From positions 1 through 61,230 of IMG/VR virus record IMGVR_UViG_3300007734_000738: DNA of 61,230 bases; one strand, written 5' to 3'. The stretch comes from a virus (Duplodnaviria; Caudoviricetes). The position numbers and the translations under genes were made by a program. Numbering within the stretch: position 1 is the stretch's first letter; the number at the start of each line of letters is the position of its first letter. The notes beneath the pieces are model-generated. The model made no database searches and was not told where the DNA came from. It saw nothing but the letters and a program-made list of their open reading frames with translations. Below, in pieces: positions 26,402 to 36,773 of this stretch.

Positions 26402-27283
26402 ATGGGTAAACTCGCACTCGCCGGTGCTGTGAGCGGCATGGGGCAAGGATTGGAACGCGGTCTGCAACAGGTGCAGGGCGGACTGATTCAATACGGCCTG
26501 CAGGATGCCGATCGCCAATTCCAATCAGAGAAATTGAAACTTCAGATGGAGCATGCCGAACGACTCCAGCAGAGTTCGATTCAAGCCGCGGCCGGTGAAG
26601 CGCAGAAGGGTCGCGAATTGCAGACGACCTTGCATGGACAGGCCGAAGTGGGTGCGACCGAACGTCAAGCACAGCAGATTGAGGGGACGCTCAAGGCTGC
26701 AAATATCGGTGCCGAAGGGGCAAAAGAGGCGGCAAAGGCACACGCTGGTTCGGCGGAGAAGATTGCGGAGATGGCCAACAAGACCCATGAGAAGATGAAT
26801 CTCGCCACCGTGAATGCGTCGAAATACGCAGCGGACGAACACCTCACGGCCGCCTTGTTAGCGTCCTATTCGGAATCCCAGAAGGCGCTCGCCACCGACA
26901 TCAATCGGTTGGAGATCATCGCCACGGATTACAAACAGGACCCAAACAATCCCGCCTACAAAGCGGCACTTAAGGATCTCCAAACCCAACGGCAACGATC
27001 GGCGGATCTCTCCGCGGCGCGTGATATCATGCAACAGTCGATTGAGAAAGCGAAGGGGATTGAACGGCCCGCACCTCCGGCGCCGAAGAAGTTTGTGATC
27101 CCAGACAGGGGAGGCACAACCGGGGCGAGTGGAACGACCGCACCGGTTCCGGGTCCGCAGAGTGCTGTGACGCCTCCCGCAGTTGATCCCTATGCTGCGG
27201 TGCGACCGACTCCTGAACCCGAATCGCCCATGCAAGGGCTCGTGAATACCCTCGTGCCGAAAGGGAGTTTCCTTCGACCGTAG
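26402..27283 (+). CDS. Internal virion protein
   Basis: Coiled coil with a Gly-rich N-terminus. Confidence 0.6.
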   Translation: MGKLALAGAVSGMGQGLERGLQQVQGGLIQYGLQDADRQFQSEKLKLQMEHAERLQQSSIQAAAGEAQKGRELQTTLHGQAEVGATERQAQQIEGTLKAANIGAEGAKEAAKAHAGSAEKIAEMANKTHEKMNLATVNASKYAADEHLTAALLASYSESQKALATDINRLEIIATDYKQDPNNPAYKAALKDLQTQRQRSADLSAARDIMQQSIEKAKGIERPAPPAPKKFVIPDRGGTTGASGTTAPVPGPQSAVTPPAVDPYAAVRPTPEPESPMQGLVNTLVPKGSFLRP

Positions 27284-27310
27284 TACATTTCCGACCGTGT
27301 AAGGAGTGAC

Positions 27311-30300
27311 ATGGCTGATGCACCTCGGTTCTCTGTCTCAGGGGACCAGATCGTTGACACCTCGACGGGCAAACCCGTTTCTCCAGATCTCTTCAATCGC
27401 ACGTCGACCCCGCAAGAGAAAGCGCAAATCGGTCGTGATCTCGCGTCCCGCTCCTTGATGACGAATCAGGAGGGGGAAGGTGGATCGGCGACAGTTGATG
27501 AGGACCTCGCATCATCCTCCACAGAGGTCCCAGTAGAGGCTCCAGCGGGCGCGACTGCCCCAACACCGACCGTGACCCCCGAACCCGTTCCCGTGGCTCC
27601 CGAACGCGCGGGCGAATCCGTGCGCCCTGCCGGTGCGCCACCGTCCCTCAACGAGTTTCTCGCAGCCGCACGTCCGGAGAATCCTCAGTTCGACGACCGG
27701 GAGATTGCGATCGAATACCGACGCGTGTACCCCGAGGCGTCAAAGTTCTACCCGGCACCTGCCATGGAACCATGGATCGCCAAGGCGAAAGAGGCGAATC
27801 CGCAGTTTGACGAGGCGGAACTCAAGAGTTATTACACGGACATCTACGGGGAGCAGGAACCCAAAGTTGAACACGGCGATGTGGTACGAGGGTTCATCGA
27901 ATCGGTCAAGCAAGTTCCGCAATTGGCTTATGGATTGACGGCCGGGGCAGGAGCGGTCGGAGAAAAACTGTTCGGCGAAGGGGGCGGTGCAACGGCACTC
28001 AAACAGTTCGGCGTCGAGAACTATCAACGTATCGCGGCGGATCTCGCGAAGGATACGAAACTCACTGATTCGTTCAACCATTCCTATGAACAGGCGAAAC
28101 AGGGGGACTACGGCGCGCTGGTCGATTGGCTCCAACATGGGTTCGGGTATGTTGGCGGGCAAGCGATCCAACTCTTAGCGACGGGTGCCGTCGGGGGGAT
28201 AGCCGGCAAGGCGATGCTCCAATCCACGGCCGAGACCGTCGCAAAGAATATGATCGCGAAAGAAACGGCCGCACTGGCCGCACAGTCGGCGGGGCGACTC
28301 AGTGCCGAGGAACTGACCAAATTCGCCGTGACGAACGTCGCGAAAAACATGGGGCAGACGCTGGCTGTCGGGGCGACGGCATTGGGCATGGAAGGTGGCG
28401 AGATCTTTGGTGATCTCACCTCAGATGCCGCCCGACAGGGACGCCAACTGAGCGGGGCCGAACTCGCGAAAGCCGGCGTGATGACCGCCTTTGCGGGCGC
28501 GTTAGAATTCGCCGGCGATAAAATCGGACTCGATCTCATTCTCGGAAAATCTCCCATTACGAAGATGCTCGGCACGGCCACAGGCGTGGGCGGCCGATTG
28601 GTACGAGGGACCGAAGCCGCTGCCATTGCCGCGGCGCCGGAAGCTGCAACTGAATTTGGGCAGACGATCGCCGAAGAGTGGGGCAAAGGGCATGACGTCG
28701 TCGGGACCGTCAGCCCCGAGACGTTACGTCAAGCGCAAGATGCCGCGGCCATTGGTGCATTAGGCGGCGCCCTCGTGGGAGGGACGGCTGGCGCGTTACA
28801 GCCGGGTGCCGGAAAAGAACCGCCTCCTGCTGAGACTCCGCCTGTCGGAACGGTGCCGCCTTCTCCGATGGAGCGTGTTGCCCCGGTGTTGAAGGCGACC
28901 TCCGTCGATGAGGCGATCTCGACGGCAGCCAAGCTCGTCGAAACGGCACCCATTACGAGCGCACAACTGGATCAAGCGATCGGCGTACCACAGGCGGCCG
29001 CGCCGGCTCCCTATACGGAATCCCATCTGGCGGCCGATCAAGTCGCGTTCACGCGCATGCTCTCGGAAGGTGGCGTCGGGACTGTTACAACAGATGCCGC
29101 CACGGGGCAGGCGACCTATGACGGCTCACCCATTCGCGTGGTTGACCCCCGTACGCTGCCCGCGACGACTCCTCCCGAGGCGGGGTTGAGCCAAGAAAAA
29201 CTCGATGCGTTGAGTGTCATGGCCCAAGCCTTTGGCAAACGTATTGTCGTGTTTCAGACCGGCGAGAAACTTCCGAACGGTGTCTTCTGGCAATCTGGCG
29301 ATCCGTCGCGAATCTATTTGGCACAAGATACGACGCATGAAGATGCGTTTACGGTCTTCGCGCATGAAGCCATGCACACGATGCAGGGGACGCCCTTCTA
29401 TGAAGCGTACAAACGCACCATTTATGAATCCCGCACGCCAGAAGCCAAGGCGCTCCTGAAAGTTCGACATGGGGAACACCTCTCTGATGCCCAACTCCTC
29501 GAAGAGGCCGCGGCCGATATCGGCTCCACGGAACTCCAGAAGCCCGAAATGTGGGAAAAAGTGTTTGCGAATCTTCGCACGCAGGTTGGCGAGCAACAGG
29601 CGAAGGTTGAAGTCGTGTCCTTCATCGATTCGTTGAAGCAGATCATTCAACGCATCAAAGGGCTGATCAGCACCCGGTCACTCACGGTCAATCAAAAGAC
29701 GCTGACGGAACTCTACGTCAAGGATCTGGAGAAAGTCCAGGACGCACTGGCCGAAGCGGTCGGCAAGACACTCTACGATAAACGGTTCGCGACGCCTGAA
29801 CAAGCCAAAGCGGTCGGAAAGTTGACCCTCGCGAAACGTCCCACGCTTGATCGGACACTGCTCCCTAAGGATGTCGTGGAGACGTTCTCTTCGGTCGCAC
29901 AGGCCCAGCGAGGGGCTCCGGAAGCGGCCATGCGGGCCGTCCAGAAGACGACTGGTGGCGGGCTGCTGTCCTCGGCCGTGGAACGCACCGGCGATCTCCT
30001 GCATCGTATGGTAGAAGGGGCACGTACGGGCACCTCCGGTCGCATGGCTGTGAAAGAGAAAGTCGATGCGCTCCTGACGTCCCTGACGCATGCGTACGGG
30101 TTTGAGAAGGAACACGGAGAAAATCTCGTCGCAAATAAGGCCGATCAACAGGCGGTCGTCGAGGCGTTGAAAACCTACACCCAGACGCATCGCGCGCTTC
30201 CCGTCTACAATCGGGCGCAATGGCTCGCTCGCGCGGCGGCCGTAGCCGTTGGTGAGATGCGCATCAAGGACGCCGTCGCCCATCTCAGGGCATTGAAGAA

Positions 30301-33300
30301 CATGGTGGACTCGGCCGACTTCAGCAAAGAGGCCTTCGCCCATACGCGTCGCGCCGATCGGACGCTGCAACCGTATTTGCAACCCATCCCTGGCAAATTG
30401 ATTGGCATTCAGAAAACCGGTTCGGTGAAGATTCCTGACTTTGAGTTATACAATATCGAGGTCGACATCCCCGGGCACCCGAAAGACTCCACGGTCACCT
30501 CGCAAACGATGGCCGAAGAAGGGTACCGGATTGTCCCGAGTGATTTGGTCAGCGCGAAAGAACTGAAGGAAGAGAAACGGGCGACTGCGCAGAAGACGCT
30601 CGAAGCTGCGAAGAAGGATGAGAAGACCGAACCCGCGAAGGCGGGCGCCGTCCTCAACATCGGACTCAACGTCAACGACGGGTCGACGATCTCGGCGCAA
30701 ACCGCGCTCTCTGCGTTGAAGCTCGCGGGGGCAAAGGTACTCTCGCATACCGTTCGTACCAGTAACACGGAGCCGACCTTGATCGCAGAGATTGCAACCC
30801 CGCTCTCGCCTGAAAAGGCGACGGCGCTGAGTCGTACGTTGAAGCAAGATGCCATCGCGCAACGGTTAGCGGATGGTACCGGTGCGCTCTACGGTCCACA
30901 GGCCGAGAAGTGGGGTCCATTCAACCCTGAGTACTTCCTGGGTCCCGAGGCAAAGCCAACACTCAGCCCGAAACCCACCTCCGGCGATGCGCTCACACGG
31001 TTGGCGCAGGCGCTTCCGACCACGACGTCGCGGCAAGGGACCAAGTTTTTGTTGCCGGATGGTACACGATTGACGTGGAACCCGAAAGGGGGACCACGGG
31101 CGCATTTTTCCTTAGCAGAATCCGCCGGGGTCTGGCTCGATGAAGCGATTCGCGATGGGGCCATCCGCTATGTCTGGCCCGACGGCGTTGAACTGGGACG
31201 CCCCCTGACCACGAAACAGGCCGAAGCGATCGTCGACGATTGGGCCACCGCTGAGCGTGCACTCACCGTCGACATTCGAGACAATCTTGGATCGGTCGTC
31301 GTGTCCCATGACTTTGATGTGCTCGGGCAAGACGTGACACCCTCATTCTTACAAGACTGGGTGAACTTCAATCTGGAGAAAGGCGAAACGCCGCGATTCA
31401 GCCCGAAGTCCACCGCCAAACTTACACACTATAGCGCACAGAAAAACCTGACCGAGATCAGTCCGAAGTTCCACGGCACCGGGCAGATCGGCGCGGAAGC
31501 ACGACGGCAGATGAACGAGGGGAAGGCCTACATCCCGCGGTCCTTCTTCTATCGTGCGGGCACGAAGATCGAACCACGCTTCAAGGGGATGAGCAAGTAC
31601 ACGGTCGAGGTGCCTGAGTCGTCACTGGTCGATCTGTCCACCCTCACGGGTACGCCGACTGAGCGGGAACAGGCCGCGAAGAAGCAAGGCTACAAGGGGT
31701 TCTACAATTCTGAATCCTCGATGCCAAACGTCGTCGCGATGTTTGAACCGGTGAGTGTTTCCAAGCCAACCGGAACTATTACTCACGCATTCATGTTGAC
31801 TGGGGAGGGCCTTCCTTCTGTGACATTTGTCGCCGTGGAAGGACAACAGAATTGGCACAAAGAAGTCATTCCCCATTTGGAACGCATTGTTAAAAACCTT
31901 AGCAGAGAGGTTGCGCGATTCGCAGGATATCAATCGAACGGTCGGATGCAGGATCCGAAACATTTCATTCATGGCACCAACGGCGAACCTGTATCTGAGT
32001 TCACAGACGTTCATGCGAGAGGGAAATTTAATCGCATTATTCTTCACGATGCCCGCACCGAAACTATGTTCAAACCTGGCGAGATAGGAATCGTCGGAGA
32101 AGGGATGGGTCCTCGCTTCTCGCCGAAGGTCTGGTTTTCCGGATTGGGTAATATGCTGTCCGAGAAGATGCCCGCGAAGGCGAGCGTCGAACAGGTCCGC
32201 AATCTCCTGAAGTCACCGGGGGTGAAGCAGGATGAAGTGAAGTGGACGGGCATTCAGGATTATCTCGATAAGCAGACGGGACCGGTCGACAAGCACAACC
32301 TCCTTGCCTGGCTCGCGGCGCATAACGTCGAGATCGAGGAAGTGACAAAGCGAGAGTACACCGGCGAGAAGACGCGTTCGCAACTCCCCGACATGAGTAT
32401 CCAGGAATTTAGCGACGCCTGGAACGCGGACGGTACACATTCAGAATTCCCCGGCGTGCGTATCGTGTCGGTAGACGACGGGGACAACTATGAAGTGCGG
32501 GTTGGCGACCAATGGTTGGCCGGCGATCACGTCTCGCTTGATCAAGAAGCCTCTTCGACGAACGCATTCAATTCGTTCAACCACGCCTCTGAAGCGGCCT
32601 ATGAGTATCTGGTGGCCGAACCCATTCGTCGTGAAGCCGAACAGTACGCAGAGGAAGGCCCACAGACCCGATACGAAGGGTACAAAGAACCAGGCGGAAC
32701 GGACTATACCGAACTGTTGCTGACGTGGAAGAATCCTGCAAGTGGTCCGCGACCCAATGACAAGTTTGAACAGGCCGCTCAAGCACGATATAAGAAATCC
32801 TTCGATGCCCTGAACGAAGCCCAACAACTCGATATTGAAGGTGACTTGGGAGTCGAATCATTTAGCGGAGTGCGTCAAGACATTTTCAAGTCGCAGCACT
32901 TCGACGAACCCGATATCCTCGCCCATGTCCGATTCGATATGCGGACGGATGCGGAGGGAAAGAACGTCCTGTTCCTCGAAGAGGTCCAGAGCGATTGGCA
33001 TGAACAAGGGCGTGAGAAGGGGTACAAACTCTCCGAGAAAGAATCTGAAAGAATTGTCAAAGAAATCGCAGAACTTTCTGTGAAAATAAAATCGACCAAC
33101 TACCGCGACGAAGAAGCGAGCAATGAGGCCAGTCAGCTCATGGACCGTCGTTTGGACTTACAGCAAAAACTATATTCTGGAATTCCAGACGCCCCCTTCT
33201 CCAAGACCTGGCCGGAACTCGTGATGAAACGCATGCTTCGCTACGCGGCCGAGCACAACGTCGACCGGTTGGCCTGGACCACGGGGACGATGCAGAATGC

Positions 33301-36300
33301 GCGGTACTGGTTGTCGAAGCATATCGATCGGTTGATTGTGATGGAACAAGACCCCGGTCGCTACCTTGTGACTGCATTCAGAAATGGCAATTATTTGAAA
33401 CGAGTCGGCCGACAGTCAGTTTCCGACATGGAAGGTTTGATTGGGAAAGAACTGACACAAAAGGTATTGAACAAATTTACCACTAAAGATTTTTATGACG
33501 GTTTAGACAATGATCTTGGTCCGCAAGTTGAGCTTTCAGGTCTCGACCTCGAAATGGGCGGATCCGGCATGAAGTATTTCTACGACCAGATGCTGCCGAA
33601 GTTTCTAGAGAAGTACCTGAAACGATTCGGGACGAAGGTGGGGACGACGCAGATCGACGTGGGCGAATATATTAACTACGCCTACACAGGCCCTCACTAC
33701 AGCATTGAAGAACTCGTCGCAGGTCGGACGGCCATGCAGTCTGCGCGAGGCGATCTCTATCAGAGCCCTTTTACGCACAGGAGAATGAGTCATCCCATCA
33801 ATACCGTCACGGACGAAAGTACGTTGAAGAATGTCATCGTGGCCATGCGCGAAGGGATGTCATTTGAAGAGGCCTTTCGGCATCACGGTTCAATCGCGCT
33901 CGCAAAGATATTTGGCGGAGAACAAACTCGTATTGTAGAACGAGACCTTACGTCCGTGCATGCGATCGACATCACCGCGCCGATGAAAGACTCGGTGCTG
34001 CAGGGGCAACCGCTGTTCGCGCCGAAGCCGAAACCCGCACCGACCTTCACAGTCGACCAACCCGGCACGCTCGATCGCGTCATCCGCATCCTGCAGGATA
34101 AGGCGATCGACATCAAACGGGTCGTGGAATCGGTGCAGGCGGCCGGGCTCGCGCTACCGGACGAATTGAATCCGGTGCTCAAAGAAGAGATGTACATGAA
34201 GCGGTCGGAGCAACGCGCATCCGACTTCACGAACGACGAGCTACGTCCGCTGGTCAAACAGATGCAATTGTCGAAGATGACGCTCGAACGAGTGGATCAG
34301 TATGCGCTTGCGCGCCACATCATCACCGACAAAGTCAACGCCCATCTCCAGTCGATTAACCCCGATCTCGCAGGGGCGCCAGCCTACGATCGTCTCGCCG
34401 GGATGACCGATCAAGAGGCCCAGGCGATTCTCTCAGGCCCCGACGCGAAGGTGCTGGAGAGTCTGGCCAAGCGGATCGATGCCATGGTTGAGAAGACACG
34501 CGACCTCATGGTGGACTATGGGCTGGAGAAGCAGTCCACGATCGATGCGTGGCGGAAAACCTATCAGCATTACGTCCCCCTCCATCGCGAAGGCTTCGAG
34601 GAGGAAGGTCATCCAACCGGTACCGGTCGTTCGGTGCGCGGGTCGACCGTCAAAGGACGCACCGGGTCCGGGCTCGGGGTGACGAACGTCCTCGCCAACG
34701 TGGCACAAGCCCGTGATCAGATCATCACGCGTGGAGAAAAACAGCGCCCCGTCATCGCGATGGCCGGTCTGTTGATGCTCCATCCGAACCCGGAGATTGC
34801 CACACTCGATAAGCCGGCGCAGATTCAGATGACGGATCCCCAGACCGGTCTGATCACGACGGTCCCTGGCAACCTGACGAACTACACCGTCCCGACCGTG
34901 CGACGGTATGACCCGGTCGATCGGGTCGTCAAGACCTACCCGGACCCCATGTACAAAGGGCGCGACAATGTCGTGAACTTCCGCGTAGACGGGGTCGACT
35001 ACGCCATCGTCTTCAATGAACGGAATGAACGGGCGATGGAAGCCGCCAAAGCCTTTAAGGAATTAGAGACGCCGAAACTCAACGGGATCATGGCGGCCGT
35101 GGCCCCCTATACGCGCTACCTCGCCTCGATCAACACCCAGTACAATCCAGTGTTCGGTATCGTGAACTTCGTCCGCGATGCGCAGTTCGCGATGATTGCG
35201 TTGGACTCTACGCCACTTGCCGGGATGAAGGCGGAGGTGTTGAATACCGCCCGCAAATCCTTGGCGGGTATCTATCAAGACGCGCGCGCCGTGCGATTGG
35301 GACGGCACCCGAACTCGCAGACTGCACAGATGTGGGAGCGGTTTCAACACGTCGGTGGGCCAACCGGCTATCGGGATCTGTTCTTTTCCAGCACCGACCG
35401 CGGCGCGGAGATTGAACGCATGCTCAAGCCTAATGATCTCGGACTGATCACTGGCCCCCAAGCGTTGGGGAAACGGCTCGAAGAGACCTGGCTCCTCCAG
35501 ACCTTGTCGGATTACAACACGACGATGGAAAATTCCATTCGACTTGGGGTGTTCACGACGGCTGTGCAGCACGGGATGAGCGATATTCAAGCGGCGTCCT
35601 ATGCGAAAAATATCACCGTGAACTTTAACAAGAAAGGGCAGATCGGCGCCCAGATGGGTAGTCTGTTTGCCTTCTTCAACGCGAACGTCCAGGGGACGGC
35701 GCGCATTGCTGAGACGGTTTTTGAACGAACGCCAACCGGGGTGCAACTCAGCGCCATCGGGAAAAAGATTGTCGTGGGTGGCATGCTCGCGGGGATCCTT
35801 CAGACCTTTGTACTCGCGATCTCCGGATTCGGCGATGAGGAACCGCCAGAATACATCAAAGTGAGGAACCTCGTGATCCCGGTGCCAGGGACGAAGGCAG
35901 GGTATCTCCTCCTGCCGATGCCGCTTGGGTTCAATCTCCTGCCGAATATTGGTCGAGCTGCAGCTGAAGCCGTGCGCGCCGGTGTGGAGGGGAAGGATAT
36001 CAATCCGCTCAAACGCGGGACCAATCTGATCGGCGCGATCTATGGCACCTTCTCGCCCTTGGGCGGTACTGGCGGACCGATTCAGGAACTGCTCCCCACG
36101 GTGGCCGATCCGATTGCCGCGGTGGTGTCGAACAAAGATTGGACCGGGAAGTCGATCTCGAAAGAAGATGTCTCAACGCTGGATCCCACGCCCGGTCATA
36201 CCCGGACGCGCGATACGGCTAGTTTTTGGGCGACGTTCTTGTCGAAGGGGATCAACTGGGCGACGGGAGGGACGAAGTATACTCCCGGTGTGCTCAGTCC

Positions 36301-36769
36301 TAGCCCGGACGCGATTGACTATTTGATCGAACAGGTGACGGGAGGGATAGGACGCGAACTCTCGAAGGGGTCCCAAGTCTTGCAGGCGGCCATCACAGGA
36401 GAGGAAGTGCCCTTTCACAAGGTGCCACTCCTCGGTCGCTTCGCCGGTAGTGCGTCTGGGAGTACCGCCACACGGTCGACGTTCTATGACAACGTGAAGG
36501 CGGTCAATCTCGCCTACCGCGAGTTCGAAGGACGCGCGAAAGATCGGACGGGCGATGCCCACGAGTTCCTCCGTACGCATCCGGAGGGGCGCCTCCGTGA
36601 GGCCGCGATCAGCATTGAACGGACGATTGGGCAGTTGAACAAGGTCAAGAAGGATCTCGTCGAGAAGGGGGCGCCTCGCGCTGAGATTCGTCTGCGCGAG
36701 GCCCAAATCACGGGTCTAATGAATCGCTTTAATCAGACGGTGGAGATGCAACGGAAGGGGATGCCGTAG
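27311..36769 (+). CDS. Giant (3152 aa) polyvalent internal virion / ejection protein
   Basis: Membrane-like Gly/Ala region, HEAMH (HExxH) near 29363, several modules, LEEVQSDWH domain, LPD38-like C-terminus (NKDWTGKSI, SPDAIDYLIEQVTGGIG). Confidence 0.85.
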   Translation: MADAPRFSVSGDQIVDTSTGKPVSPDLFNRTSTPQEKAQIGRDLASRSLMTNQEGEGGSATVDEDLASSSTEVPVEAPAGATAPTPTVTPEPVPVAPERAGESVRPAGAPPSLNEFLAAARPENPQFDDREIAIEYRRVYPEASKFYPAPAMEPWIAKAKEANPQFDEAELKSYYTDIYGEQEPKVEHGDVVRGFIESVKQVPQLAYGLTAGAGAVGEKLFGEGGGATALKQFGVENYQRIAADLAKDTKLTDSFNHSYEQAKQGDYGALVDWLQHGFGYVGGQAIQLLATGAVGGIAGKAMLQSTAETVAKNMIAKETAALAAQSAGRLSAEELTKFAVTNVAKNMGQTLAVGATALGMEGGEIFGDLTSDAARQGRQLSGAELAKAGVMTAFAGALEFAGDKIGLDLILGKSPITKMLGTATGVGGRLVRGTEAAAIAAAPEAATEFGQTIAEEWGKGHDVVGTVSPETLRQAQDAAAIGALGGALVGGTAGALQPGAGKEPPPAETPPVGTVPPSPMERVAPVLKATSVDEAISTAAKLVETAPITSAQLDQAIGVPQAAAPAPYTESHLAADQVAFTRMLSEGGVGTVTTDAATGQATYDGSPIRVVDPRTLPATTPPEAGLSQEKLDALSVMAQAFGKRIVVFQTGEKLPNGVFWQSGDPSRIYLAQDTTHEDAFTVFAHEAMHTMQGTPFYEAYKRTIYESRTPEAKALLKVRHGEHLSDAQLLEEAAADIGSTELQKPEMWEKVFANLRTQVGEQQAKVEVVSFIDSLKQIIQRIKGLISTRSLTVNQKTLTELYVKDLEKVQDALAEAVGKTLYDKRFATPEQAKAVGKLTLAKRPTLDRTLLPKDVVETFSSVAQAQRGAPEAAMRAVQKTTGGGLLSSAVERTGDLLHRMVEGARTGTSGRMAVKEKVDALLTSLTHAYGFEKEHGENLVANKADQQAVVEALKTYTQTHRALPVYNRAQWLARAAAVAVGEMRIKDAVAHLRALKNMVDSADFSKEAFAHTRRADRTLQPYLQPIPGKLIGIQKTGSVKIPDFELYNIEVDIPGHPKDSTVTSQTMAEEGYRIVPSDLVSAKELKEEKRATAQKTLEAAKKDEKTEPAKAGAVLNIGLNVNDGSTISAQTALSALKLAGAKVLSHTVRTSNTEPTLIAEIATPLSPEKATALSRTLKQDAIAQRLADGTGALYGPQAEKWGPFNPEYFLGPEAKPTLSPKPTSGDALTRLAQALPTTTSRQGTKFLLPDGTRLTWNPKGGPRAHFSLAESAGVWLDEAIRDGAIRYVWPDGVELGRPLTTKQAEAIVDDWATAERALTVDIRDNLGSVVVSHDFDVLGQDVTPSFLQDWVNFNLEKGETPRFSPKSTAKLTHYSAQKNLTEISPKFHGTGQIGAEARRQMNEGKAYIPRSFFYRAGTKIEPRFKGMSKYTVEVPESSLVDLSTLTGTPTEREQAAKKQGYKGFYNSESSMPNVVAMFEPVSVSKPTGTITHAFMLTGEGLPSVTFVAVEGQQNWHKEVIPHLERIVKNLSREVARFAGYQSNGRMQDPKHFIHGTNGEPVSEFTDVHARGKFNRIILHDARTETMFKPGEIGIVGEGMGPRFSPKVWFSGLGNMLSEKMPAKASVEQVRNLLKSPGVKQDEVKWTGIQDYLDKQTGPVDKHNLLAWLAAHNVEIEEVTKREYTGEKTRSQLPDMSIQEFSDAWNADGTHSEFPGVRIVSVDDGDNYEVRVGDQWLAGDHVSLDQEASSTNAFNSFNHASEAAYEYLVAEPIRREAEQYAEEGPQTRYEGYKEPGGTDYTELLLTWKNPASGPRPNDKFEQAAQARYKKSFDALNEAQQLDIEGDLGVESFSGVRQDIFKSQHFDEPDILAHVRFDMRTDAEGKNVLFLEEVQSDWHEQGREKGYKLSEKESERIVKEIAELSVKIKSTNYRDEEASNEASQLMDRRLDLQQKLYSGIPDAPFSKTWPELVMKRMLRYAAEHNVDRLAWTTGTMQNARYWLSKHIDRLIVMEQDPGRYLVTAFRNGNYLKRVGRQSVSDMEGLIGKELTQKVLNKFTTKDFYDGLDNDLGPQVELSGLDLEMGGSGMKYFYDQMLPKFLEKYLKRFGTKVGTTQIDVGEYINYAYTGPHYSIEELVAGRTAMQSARGDLYQSPFTHRRMSHPINTVTDESTLKNVIVAMREGMSFEEAFRHHGSIALAKIFGGEQTRIVERDLTSVHAIDITAPMKDSVLQGQPLFAPKPKPAPTFTVDQPGTLDRVIRILQDKAIDIKRVVESVQAAGLALPDELNPVLKEEMYMKRSEQRASDFTNDELRPLVKQMQLSKMTLERVDQYALARHIITDKVNAHLQSINPDLAGAPAYDRLAGMTDQEAQAILSGPDAKVLESLAKRIDAMVEKTRDLMVDYGLEKQSTIDAWRKTYQHYVPLHREGFEEEGHPTGTGRSVRGSTVKGRTGSGLGVTNVLANVAQARDQIITRGEKQRPVIAMAGLLMLHPNPEIATLDKPAQIQMTDPQTGLITTVPGNLTNYTVPTVRRYDPVDRVVKTYPDPMYKGRDNVVNFRVDGVDYAIVFNERNERAMEAAKAFKELETPKLNGIMAAVAPYTRYLASINTQYNPVFGIVNFVRDAQFAMIALDSTPLAGMKAEVLNTARKSLAGIYQDARAVRLGRHPNSQTAQMWERFQHVGGPTGYRDLFFSSTDRGAEIERMLKPNDLGLITGPQALGKRLEETWLLQTLSDYNTTMENSIRLGVFTTAVQHGMSDIQAASYAKNITVNFNKKGQIGAQMGSLFAFFNANVQGTARIAETVFERTPTGVQLSAIGKKIVVGGMLAGILQTFVLAISGFGDEEPPEYIKVRNLVIPVPGTKAGYLLLPMPLGFNLLPNIGRAAAEAVRAGVEGKDINPLKRGTNLIGAIYGTFSPLGGTGGPIQELLPTVADPIAAVVSNKDWTGKSISKEDVSTLDPTPGHTRTRDTASFWATFLSKGINWATGGTKYTPGVLSPSPDAIDYLIEQVTGGIGRELSKGSQVLQAAITGEEVPFHKVPLLGRFAGSASGSTATRSTFYDNVKAVNLAYREFEGRAKDRTGDAHEFLRTHPEGRLREAAISIERTIGQLNKVKKDLVEKGAPRAEIRLREAQITGLMNRFNQTVEMQRKGMP

Positions 36770-36773
36770 TCCT

